Virus record (IMG/VR): IMGVR_UViG_3300049217_000071
Span: 124,001 to 188,000 of that record
Direction: 5' to 3' (one strand)
DNA: 64,000 bases
This document shows, one piece after another, positions 30,287-38,131 of the stretch (the first letter of the stretch is position 1; each line of letters opens with the position of its first letter). The position numbers and the translations under genes are program-made. The notes under the pieces are model-generated. The model saw only the letters and a list, made by a program, of their open reading frames with translations. It did no database searches and was not told the DNA's origin.

Positions 30287-30685
30287 ATGCCTTATTCCGA
30301 AAAAATTTTAGAACACGCCGAGAACCCACGTAATGTAGGTGTTTTGGACAAGAACGATCCCAATGTGGGAACGGGACTGGTAGGAGCCCCCGCCTGTGGC
30401 GATGTGATGCGTCTTCAGATCAAAGTTGATCCTCTAACTGACACCATCACGGATGCCAAATTCAAGACTTTCGGCTGTGGCTCGGCTATCGCTTCCTCGT
30501 CCCTGGCCACCGAGTGGCTCAAGGGAAAGACTATCGATGAGGCAGAAGCTATAAAAAACTCTGACATAGTGGAGGAGCTAAACTTGCCGCCCGTCAAAAT
30601 TCATTGCTCGGTTTTGGCAGAGGATGCTATCAAAGAAGCTATTGCAGATTATCGTAAGAAGAAAGCTCTCAAGGTGACGCAATAA
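30287..30685 (+). CDS. iscU: Fe-S cluster scaffold IscU
   Basis: NPRNVG, APACGDVMRLQI, FGCGSAIAS, LPPVKIHCSVLAEDA. Confidence 0.97.
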   Translation: MPYSEKILEHAENPRNVGVLDKNDPNVGTGLVGAPACGDVMRLQIKVDPLTDTITDAKFKTFGCGSAIASSSLATEWLKGKTIDEAEAIKNSDIVEELNLPPVKIHCSVLAEDAIKEAIADYRKKKALKVTQ

Positions 30686-30858
30686 TGGTAGAGACTGATC
30701 TAAAAGCCGTAGTCAAGAATTTGAGTGAGTGGCTCAAAAGTCCCGAAGGAATAGTGGCTATGAAAAGGGCGGCGGAGAAGGCAGCCAAAGATCGAGCTAA
30801 AATTGAGAGGCTGCGTAAGATTCCTTGGGAGCTTCTCCATAAACCAATGGACTTCTAA
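30685..30858 (+). CDS. hypothetical 57-aa protein (below ORF-track cutoff)
   Basis: TAATG overlap with iscU; MVETDLKAVV...LHKPMDF. Confidence 0.5.
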   Translation: MVETDLKAVVKNLSEWLKSPEGIVAMKRAAEKAAKDRAKIERLRKIPWELLHKPMDF

Positions 30859-30873
30859 TAAGATGGCATCCAT

Positions 30874-31446
30874 ATGATGTCTTCCTTAGCCCGCCTCAAA
30901 ATATTGCAGAGAATAGCTCAAACAGCGGCAGCACAACCAACTACCACCGCTCCGGCCACCACTACCCCTTTGAGCATTCCGGCCGCTCCAGCTTTCAATG
31001 CAGCTTCGGGACCTTGGGCTTGGATTACGCAGTTTTATAACCCTAATACCGTTCGCACTTTGTCTTCTTTATTGGGTATGATTAGCACCTCTATGCACTA
31101 TGCCAGTCAAGGTAAGTTCAATCTGGTAATAAATCAGACCAATTTAGGAGGGGTGGATCCCAGTGCTACTGGTTCTACCGATGCTAAGAACCTGATTTTG
31201 TTAGCTAAAACTTTCTACTCTACCTTCTTGAACAATGGACAGCCCCAGGCTAAGCCGCCTACACCCATCCAAATCAATGGCTGGGCTGATAGCATCAAAA
31301 CTTCTCAACCGCTTTTGAACATAAGCCAAATGAATCCAACCGGAGCTGCTGCCCAGCAAATGCACTTGGATGGCAGCCTGTATCAAAACATTGCCAATTC
31401 TCTAAACTATCTAAAGATGTATAATCCTTCAGTGCTGGCCCGCTAA
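30874..31446 (+). CDS. hypothetical protein, possibly virion-associated
   Basis: 190-aa ORF with Ala/Thr/Pro linker after RIAQ. Confidence 0.7.
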   Translation: MMSSLARLKILQRIAQTAAAQPTTTAPATTTPLSIPAAPAFNAASGPWAWITQFYNPNTVRTLSSLLGMISTSMHYASQGKFNLVINQTNLGGVDPSATGSTDAKNLILLAKTFYSTFLNNGQPQAKPPTPIQINGWADSIKTSQPLLNISQMNPTGAAAQQMHLDGSLYQNIANSLNYLKMYNPSVLAR

Positions 31447-31462
31447 TCGTTATATTCCAATT

Positions 31463-32254
31463 ATGTCAAGCAAGCTAAAAGACCGCATGGAGCGCTATCA
31501 GGCGCAAAGTGATCACAAACTACTGGAACGATTGCCGATTGTTATCTGCATCAATGGTCGAGGTTTCACCAAAGTGACCCAATTGCTGGACAAGCCTTAT
31601 TGTTCCAAGTTAGCGGAATGCCTCATCTCCACTATGATTTACATCTGTCCGATGATTGAGGGAGCTTTGTTTGCCTATCAGCACAATGATGAGATTGTCA
31701 TCATCGCTCGTAATGACCAAACTAACGATACCTCTCCCTGGTTCGATAACAAGATTCAGAAGATTTGTTCGGCTACCGCCTCTATTGCTACGGTGCATTT
31801 CAACAAGTGTGCAGCTTCCTTGCAATTGGATCTAACTGGTGACGCCGCCTTTCTCTCACAGGTTTTCACGCCACCCAATGTGGCAGAAGCGATTCAGTCG
31901 GTTGTTTACAAACAGCAACAGAACTTTCACACTTCCATTCAGTCGGCTTGTTTGTATGAACTGCTCAAGAAGTATAACAAAGATGCCATCAAGGATATGT
32001 TGACTGGACTTTCTATTGATGAGAAAGTAGATTTGCTTTCCCAGGAATGTGGGGTAGATTTCAACAGCTATCCTATTTCTTTCAGGCGTGGGGCGGCTTG
32101 CTATAAGGTTCCTAAGGTGATAGACGGCGTGATGAAAAATAGATGGCAGCTCAACTCGGAATTACCTATCTTTGCTAAAGATCAGTCTTTTCTATCCAAC
32201 CTCTTCAAGAACGGGGCCGATATTTTTAGACAAGAAGGTTTCGATGAACCTTGA
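31463..32254 (+). CDS. tRNA-His guanylyltransferase (Thg1)-like protein
   Basis: LKDRMERY, INGRGF, HNDEI, WFDNKIQKICS, YKQQQN, RRG. Confidence 0.85.
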   Translation: MSSKLKDRMERYQAQSDHKLLERLPIVICINGRGFTKVTQLLDKPYCSKLAECLISTMIYICPMIEGALFAYQHNDEIVIIARNDQTNDTSPWFDNKIQKICSATASIATVHFNKCAASLQLDLTGDAAFLSQVFTPPNVAEAIQSVVYKQQQNFHTSIQSACLYELLKKYNKDAIKDMLTGLSIDEKVDLLSQECGVDFNSYPISFRRGAACYKVPKVIDGVMKNRWQLNSELPIFAKDQSFLSNLFKNGADIFRQEGFDEP

Positions 32255-32735
32255 CAAATTCGTAAAGAGCAAAGGGTATCAACATAGCTGCCCCTTTTGT
32301 GGAACAGATCTTATCTCTATTGACGATCCTTATTTTGGCAATCGTGGGCAAAAGGGTTATGCGTGTGAAGTTTGTTTTATTGAAGGTGTTCTGACTAAGT
32401 CAGGAAAGCCTTTCTCTCGATACAACATCGGAGTAGTAGAAAATGTCGATGTAGGCCCCCACCGTATTTTAGAGCAGCTCATCGTGGATGAAACTTTCTA
32501 CATTCATCATAAAGAGAACAAGTGGTATAATGTCCATAACGATATGGTCAAGAGTCAAACCGTGATGGTATTGACGGAGCCGATGAATGAAAGTCATATT
32601 TTTTATGCGGGCGAGATCCCCATTGGTTTAGTCTGGATTAGTGACTTAGTGGTGCTACCTTATATTGATTCTTGGACGCTAACTGATGAAGCAGCCACCA
32701 TTTCTAAAATACGCACCTATCTTACTTTTATGTGA
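32244..32735 (+). CDS. hypothetical Zn-ribbon protein
   Basis: CPFC, CEVC; ends KIRTYLTFM. Confidence 0.65.
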   Translation: MNLDKFVKSKGYQHSCPFCGTDLISIDDPYFGNRGQKGYACEVCFIEGVLTKSGKPFSRYNIGVVENVDVGPHRILEQLIVDETFYIHHKENKWYNVHNDMVKSQTVMVLTEPMNESHIFYAGEIPIGLVWISDLVVLPYIDSWTLTDEAATISKIRTYLTFM

Positions 32736-32741
32736 GGACAA

Positions 32742-33140
32742 ATGACAGTCAAAGGTTATGCCAGTATGTATTCAGGAAGAGCAAATCCTGAAAGAGAATT
32801 GACACCAACAGAGATCTCTGCCGTCAAAGAAATAATGTCTAGTTTGAGTGAGCCCTGGACAGGAGCCACTCATCCGCAGTTGGGCTTTACGGGGTATGGA
32901 GTTTGGAGCCCGGATGAAAATTGGTATGTAAGTGCGGATTTCCGAGGCTTTGCGACCGTATGGGATGTCAAGAAGTTAGGCTTGGATTATTACAAGGACA
33001 CTGTGGGGCTGACTGCTTATTTGGCATCCATCCTGAAAGAGATGTTGGATAAGCATTATGAGGATGATAAGAAGGCGATGGATGACTATATTGCCAGTTT
33101 AGTTCCATTTGTGACTCCGCCTTGGGAGCCTAATTTATAA
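32742..33140 (+). CDS. hypothetical protein
   Basis: 132-aa ORF with GAGGA RBS. Confidence 0.7.
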   Translation: MTVKGYASMYSGRANPERELTPTEISAVKEIMSSLSEPWTGATHPQLGFTGYGVWSPDENWYVSADFRGFATVWDVKKLGLDYYKDTVGLTAYLASILKEMLDKHYEDDKKAMDDYIASLVPFVTPPWEPNL

Positions 33141-33152
33141 CATTGCTGGGGC

Positions 33153-33180
33153 TTGACGCCTGACCTTCCGTGGCTATATT
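33153..33180 (+). promoter_or_regulatory. sigma70-type promoter upstream of tRNA cluster
   Basis: TTGACG-N16-TATATT. Confidence 0.55.
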
Positions 33181-33252
33181 TGAGTCAGCGGGACGTGCAT
33201 CTAAAAAATCGGATAAAAATCTGCTACTAACCTGATATAGTAGTTGAAGTAA

Positions 33253-33326
33253 GCTTGCTTAGTATAACGGCATTATATCGCCCTTGTAACGCGATGAAGA
33301 GGGTTCGACTCCCTCCGCAAGCTCCA
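33253..33326 (+). tRNA. tRNA-Thr(UGU)
   Basis: Anticodon loop CTTGTAA, T arm GAGGG-TTCGACT-CCCTC, encoded CCA; C31-C39 mismatch. Confidence 0.88.
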
Positions 33327-33436
33327 ACCCTGTGGGCTCCCCTTTACTGGGGTCAAAGATGCTCAGGTAGTTTGATGTTCTCGCAAGAGAATTATGGTAA
33401 GGTGCTCAATCTAAACATCAAACGAGAGCACATTAG

Positions 33437-33511
33437 GCTGTTGTAGTTCAGTGGCAGAATTCCTCATTGGTAATGAGGCGGTCGTGGGTTCGATCCCCAC
33501 CAACAGCTCCA
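33437..33511 (+). tRNA. tRNA-Thr(GGU)
   Basis: Acceptor GCTGTTG/CAACAGC, CCTCA-TTGGTAA-TGAGG, encoded CCA. Confidence 0.93.
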
Positions 33512-33624
33512 GACTTTGCGTCTCAGGTTAGTGAAACTAACGTCGGCAGAACCCCCGACACAGTGTCCCGACAGTGGCAGTCAAATTGACGATAGATGGA
33601 TGACGGACAGTTGATACAAAGTAT

Positions 33625-33698
33625 GCTGATGTCATATAGTGGCATTATGTCGCCTTCGTAACGCGATCACGTGAGTTCGATTCTCACCTTCAGCTCCA
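33625..33698 (+). tRNA. tRNA-Thr(CGU)
   Basis: Loop TTCGTAA, T arm GTGAG-TTCGATT-CTCAC, encoded CCA; C31-C39 mismatch. Confidence 0.88.
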
Positions 33699-33737
33699 AG
33701 TCCAGTATCTCCCCCGATATTGGGCTTTTTTGTTTTT
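33699..33737 (+). terminator. intrinsic terminator-like hairpin
   Basis: AGTCCAGTATC / GATATTGGGCT stem followed by TTTTTGTTTTT. Confidence 0.6.
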
Positions 33738-33739
33738 AT

Positions 33740-34091
33740 GGGGATGACCTGGTTTCGACCGAGTAAAGACTTATCGAAATGATGCAGACAGAAGAGATTA
33801 CACTTCTCAAAGTAATCACATCTTAAATGCTGATGAATTTGCATTTGCTGAAGCGGCCTAAGAACCCTTCACATTCTTTAGATAAGACTGCTTGAGTAAT
33901 CTAAAGCGTGTAAACCTACAAAGCTGGTTATTGAGTAGGGCTACGATATTCAATAATGAGACCACAGTAGATATCCCGTCAAAGAGAATATTTGACAGCG
34001 TTGTCAATGACGCTAATATTGACTATGTCTGTGAATGATTTTCGATGATGGCGTATTTGGGACTGCGGTTCGATTCCGCACATCTCCACCA
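33740..34091 (+). ncRNA. ssrA: tmRNA; tag peptide (A)ADEFAFAEAA at 33829-33861
   Basis: 5' GGGGATGACCTGGTTTCGAC, 3' GGTTCGATTCC...CATCTCCACCA, G3-U70 pair, TTAAAT resume context, ORF ending AA-stop. Confidence 0.93.
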
Positions 34092-34325
34092 ATGAAGAAG
34101 ATTCTGCTATTAGCATTCTTATTATCGTGCAGCAAAACAGAGCCTGAATTCAAGGCGTCCTACCATATGCTCTGGCAATCGACAGAGATTTTGAGCGGCC
34201 ACGAAACGGTCAAGCTGTATTACGATGTGAGCAACGAAAACCTTTGCTACCTGTATTACTATGATGGTTCGGATGTCGCTCATCAAATGACTTGTGTAAA
34301 ACAACCAAGACTCGTAGGTTTCTAA
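34092..34325 (+). CDS. putative lipoprotein
   Basis: MKKILLLAFLLSC lipobox-like; ATG abuts the tmRNA CCA. Confidence 0.6.
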   Translation: MKKILLLAFLLSCSKTEPEFKASYHMLWQSTEILSGHETVKLYYDVSNENLCYLYYYDGSDVAHQMTCVKQPRLVGF

Positions 34326-34663
34326 TGAAGACAATCATATTGGCTATGTGTTTAGCATTGACGGCTTGTGCTCATAAAGAAGAGCCGCAAGTGCATCACG
34401 AGGTTCAACATTCCTCTCCGCATCCCGAGCCTGTTCCGGTCGCCACCAATCCGTTTGAGAAACCGCCTTCCAAAGCACCTCTTCCGTTTCATGAGGCAGT
34501 GCAAGCGTCCCATTGGGAACAAGTGGGTGGTGGGTTCAAAATGAATGAGAGTTGGTCTCTTTGGACATGGAGAGATTCGGCTAATCACACCACTTGCTAC
34601 TTCTACAATGTTATGGCCGATAAACGGCTAATCGGGCACGGGATGTCCTGTGTGAAAGAATGA
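34325..34663 (+). CDS. putative lipoprotein
   Basis: MKTIILAMCLALTAC lipobox. Confidence 0.65.
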   Translation: MKTIILAMCLALTACAHKEEPQVHHEVQHSSPHPEPVPVATNPFEKPPSKAPLPFHEAVQASHWEQVGGGFKMNESWSLWTWRDSANHTTCYFYNVMADKRLIGHGMSCVKE

Positions 34664-35157
34664 AGTGGCCCCTCCCTAATAAGCTCCTCGTTCTTCCTGA
34701 TCCGGGAGCAGTGGGCGATTTTGCTTTTAGGCGTTCCTTTTACCATCATCCAGGCGTGGATATCTATTGTGATTTTGGGCAGGAAGTGCAAGCCATTGAA
34801 GATGGCACGGTGGTGCATATCGAAAACTTCACTGGTCCCAACGCTAACCCGCCCAGCCCTTGGTGGCACGAAACCTTTTCCATTCTCATCGAAGGTAGGT
34901 TAGGTGTCTTGGGTTATTGCGAACTCAAGCCTCTCCCGCATATTCAAGTGGGGATGAAGATCAAAGAAGGCGACCTACTTGCAACTATCGTGCCAGTCCT
35001 CAAAAAGGATAAGGGCAACGGCACCACGATGTTGCATTTCGAGCACTATATGCACGGCACCAGGCACCACGTCACTTGGGTGCTGGATACGGTCAAACCC
35101 TTGGAACTACTGAATTCCAGGTTTTTACTGGAAGATCTGATGACGGTAATAAAGTGA
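34660..35157 (+). CDS. M23 family peptidase-like protein
   Basis: HPGVDIY, VQAIEDGTV, MLHFE (first His of HxH replaced by Met). Confidence 0.78.
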   Translation: MKWPLPNKLLVLPDPGAVGDFAFRRSFYHHPGVDIYCDFGQEVQAIEDGTVVHIENFTGPNANPPSPWWHETFSILIEGRLGVLGYCELKPLPHIQVGMKIKEGDLLATIVPVLKKDKGNGTTMLHFEHYMHGTRHHVTWVLDTVKPLELLNSRFLLEDLMTVIK

Positions 35158-35170
35158 TATATGTCTAAGT

Positions 35171-35329
35171 ATGTGGTACGGTAAAAACGATGGCAAGTGG
35201 GATGATGATTCGGAGATTGCTCCCAAGCAACTAACTGCTGCCCAAGTAGTAGAAGAATTGAAACGACAAGAAAACATTCAACGATTGAAAGACCTTTTAG
35301 AGGAGTTATTCAATGACAAGCGATACTAA
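35171..35329 (+). CDS. hypothetical 52-aa protein (below ORF-track cutoff)
   Basis: MWYGKNDG...LFNDKRY fills the gap, downstream of TGATATAT. Confidence 0.5.
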   Translation: MWYGKNDGKWDDDSEIAPKQLTAAQVVEELKRQENIQRLKDLLEELFNDKRY

Positions 35330-35354
35330 TCTATAGAACGATTTACTGCGGGAT

Positions 35355-35906
35355 ATGCAACAATGCCCGCAAACTAACACTCAGTCCGTCTACCAACACG
35401 GACTTTCAGTGCGGGATCACCTATTCGAATTGATTTCATTTTTGGAAACTGGCACCATCAGCAATGATTGGAGATTGCCTACTTGGATGCACGAGTATCG
35501 CGAACAATTGCGTTCAGCTCTGCTGCCCAAGGAAGTGATTGAAGAATACGCCATTCACCACGATTGTGGCAAGCCCTACTGTCTCACCATTGATGAACAG
35601 GGTAGGCGACACTTTGCCAATCACGCTGAGACTTCTTACCGCAAGTGGTTGGAGGTGGGCGGTAGTGCAGAAGCAGCCCTGTTGATGAAGATGGATATGG
35701 ATATCCATCAGCTCAAGGCAGCCGGTGTGGAAGAGTTTGCTCAGAGACCACAAGCCATTACGTTGTTGTTAGCGGGATTGGCCGAGGTGCATTCTAACGC
35801 CAAGATGTTTGGTGGTTTGGAATCTGAGTCCTTCAAGATCAAGTGGAATCAAATCAACAAGCGTGGCAAAGCAATTTGCTTCAAACTATATGGGAGATCG
35901 TTATGA
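35355..35906 (+). CDS. HD-domain phosphohydrolase-like protein
   Basis: HGLSV, IHHDCGKP, HAETS, DMDIH. Confidence 0.75.
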   Translation: MQQCPQTNTQSVYQHGLSVRDHLFELISFLETGTISNDWRLPTWMHEYREQLRSALLPKEVIEEYAIHHDCGKPYCLTIDEQGRRHFANHAETSYRKWLEVGGSAEAALLMKMDMDIHQLKAAGVEEFAQRPQAITLLLAGLAEVHSNAKMFGGLESESFKIKWNQINKRGKAICFKLYGRSL

Positions 35907-36253
35907 GTCTATAGATCAAGCCTGGTGATAAGCTTTATGTTATCACCCGAGAAGATATGGCAGCAGGTTATCAGGGAGTGCAGTCTATTCACGCCGGCAT
36001 TCAGTTTGGTGTGGAGCATCCCGAGATTCACAAGGTGTGGTATGAGAAATCAAACTACCTGGGATGGTTGTCGGTGGCAGATGAGATAGCTCTCATTCAG
36101 TTGATTGAGCAAGCTATTCTTCACGACATTACTTTCTCTGTTTTTCGTGAGCCTGATATAGGCAACCAGATTACGGCCATTGCCTTGGCCCCTGGTCCTA
36201 AGTCTAAGAAGTTGTGTGGTAAGTTGAAGTTAGCTCTAAAGGAGGAAAAATGA
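35903..36253 (+). CDS. PTH2-like peptidyl-tRNA hydrolase with in-frame TAG at codon 4
   Basis: GGAG RBS, ATGA overlap with HD gene; MSL*IKPGDKLYVITREDMAAGYQGVQSIHA...FREPDIGNQITAIAL. Confidence 0.8.
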
Positions 36254-36489
36254 ATTGGGTAAATCAAGAGAAGGGCCCCGAATGTTATTGTGGAATGCCT
36301 ACCGCAGTTGTCGTGTTAGAAAGTGGTAGAGCCGAATTGCTTTGCATTTTCCATACCAACGCAGAAGGTGCTATGTTTCCGTTGCCCAAGGAACGCCCAG
36401 AGAACTGGCCCGACCTAACCAAGGACGAGCTGAATGCGTGTATGTTCTTGGGTGATGCCGAAGATCAGGCGAGGGAAGATGACGAGTAA
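36250..36489 (+). CDS. hypothetical protein
   Basis: GGAGG RBS, CYCG motif. Confidence 0.65.
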   Translation: MNWVNQEKGPECYCGMPTAVVVLESGRAELLCIFHTNAEGAMFPLPKERPENWPDLTKDELNACMFLGDAEDQAREDDE

Positions 36490-36679
36490 AATCAACACCA
36501 GATGGGAGTTGGGAATCCCACACGATCCTCGTTCTATAGCGATATACACAGGAATCGCTAAGATTGATGTCGAGGAATGTGGCGATACTTTTGGTTTCAA
36601 ATCCGGTGGTGATGGAGATAACGGAGAAACTCTAATGTATCTCCTAGATGTTTACTTTGAGGATTTGGATAAACAATGA
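36479..36679 (+). CDS. hypothetical protein
   Basis: 66-aa ORF from ATG 36479. Confidence 0.6.
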   Translation: MTSKINTRWELGIPHDPRSIAIYTGIAKIDVEECGDTFGFKSGGDGDNGETLMYLLDVYFEDLDKQ

Positions 36680-36966
36680 GAAAGACTGCTATTGCTTCCT
36701 TATCTGAGCGTTTAGCCGGCTGGACAGATTTGGATGGAGCTGCCTATGAAGTTGGTGCCTGTCTTGGTTTATGGCCCGAGTTTGGAGCCCCATACAATGA
36801 AGATCCTTGGCACGGAGTCAAAGGCATCATGTGGTTTTCTACCGGAGATCACTTTTACCGTTTCCTGGATGGCTTGGTGGAAATGGGTTGGTTGGAACGA
36901 CGAGAAGAGCCTGATATAGCTTATAGGTGGAACGCTTCTTCTGTTTACGATTGGGGTGATGAATAA
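36676..36966 (+). CDS. hypothetical protein
   Basis: 96-aa ORF, ATGA overlap. Confidence 0.6.
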   Translation: MRKTAIASLSERLAGWTDLDGAAYEVGACLGLWPEFGAPYNEDPWHGVKGIMWFSTGDHFYRFLDGLVEMGWLERREEPDIAYRWNASSVYDWGDE

Positions 36967-36992
36967 AATTTCTGTTCTTGGTATAGTGGTCG

Positions 36993-37691
36993 TTAGAGAA
37001 GCCCCCTATTTTTGAGTCGCTTCTTGACAGCGTGAAAGCTTACACCAAGTTTTTTCGACACCTGATAGATGTTTGAGTTTTCTACCATTGCTACCAAGTC
37101 ATCGTTTGTGGGCCAGGTTATTTTGGTGAGTTTATCAAATTTCGTTCTGTTGAAGCATTCTTGACACATTAGGCTTTGGATAGATTTTGGTTTGCCGCAT
37201 TTACAAGTATTCTTGTCTTTATTTTTCTTACTCTTCGTAGTATTTTTGCCACAGAACGTCTCTGTTTGACTATGGCAGTTAGGGCACAATAGGCGCAGAT
37301 TTTCAATCCTATTGTCTGTGTGATTGCCGTTGATATGATCGAGTTGTAAAGATAGCGGTTTACCTAACCAAGAATTTACACCGCAACCTTTACCGTAGCA
37401 TTTTTCTTCAATGAAACCTTCTTTGATTAGTCTGCGTTTTCTGCCTGTGTCTAATATATAGTCGCTGTTTTCCACCAATATCTCCGACCAAGAGATCGTT
37501 CTTTGTGTCGTATTCTTGGAATGTGCTTTGCCGAGGAAGTGCGAGATATCTATCGTCAATTCATTGATAGCGTCTTTGACTATTTTATAGTTTCTTCCCC
37601 TTGGATCAACGTCAAGTTTTCTCAACACTTCCGCAAAAGATGTGCTTTCTTCGATATACTTCTTGATAAGTTGGTTGTCGTAGTTTTGCAT
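36993..37691 (-). mobile_element. HNH homing endonuclease
   Basis: LQLDHINGNHTDNRIENLRLLCPNCHSQT; C-terminal HTH. Confidence 0.9.
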
Positions 37692-37749
37692 AATTGAACC
37701 TCACTTATAACAATGGCCAATTATTAGTAGTCGGGTGCAATCATTTTAT

Positions 37750-37822
37750 GGTCCTATAACTCAAAGGCAGAGATTCGTCTCTAAAACGAAGGGTGCGGTT
37801 TCGAGATCCGCTAGGACCGCCA
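37750..37822 (+). tRNA. amber suppressor tRNA (CUA anticodon), copy 1
   Basis: Acceptor GGTCCTA/TAGGACC, G73, CCA; TTCGT-CTCTAAA-ACGAA arm; T loop TTCGAGA. Confidence 0.87.
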
Positions 37823-37834
37823 GAAGGAAAGACT

Positions 37835-38131
37835 ATGAAATTTCCGTCCCTCAAGAATGAAAATCCACGAACTTGGAAGTGCAAAATCTTTGGATGCAAT
37901 GATGAAGAACTGCCGCTTATCTGGCAAGAACCGGGTGAGAAGCACGGTATCAAGGGATGGAGTTTTGCCACAGCTACCAGAACTTTAACCACCTACATAG
38001 TTCGAGGATGTAAGTGGTGTAGGAATTATAGGACAATCTTCGGTGATGTCGATGAGATTTGGCCTAAATGGTTGTGTGATTGTGAGATTTGTGAAAAGAG
38101 TAGAGTAAATGACACATCTACCCATAGCTAA
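37835..38131 (+). CDS. hypothetical Cys-rich protein
   Basis: ATG 37835 after AAGGA; CKIFGC, CKWC, CDCEIC. Confidence 0.6.
   Translation: MKFPSLKNENPRTWKCKIFGCNDEELPLIWQEPGEKHGIKGWSFATATRTLTTYIVRGCKWCRNYRTIFGDVDEIWPKWLCDCEICEKSRVNDTSTHS

Noticed and set aside
33520-33550. 5S rRNA-like fragment (CTCAG...AGTGAAAC)
   Set aside because: Short resemblance in the wrong position, with no 5S helix architecture around it.
33255-34091. ORF-track calls overlapping the tRNA/tmRNA genes (33255, 33632, 5' part of 34035; likewise 37741, 37793, 39122, 40854)
   Set aside because: Explained by the RNA genes; real CDS starts lie downstream of the CCA ends.
37750-37822. tRNA-Pyl
   Set aside because: Shares the CUCUAAA loop and G73, but has a normal D loop with GG, two bases between acceptor and D stems, a 5-bp anticodon stem, and no pyl genes nearby.
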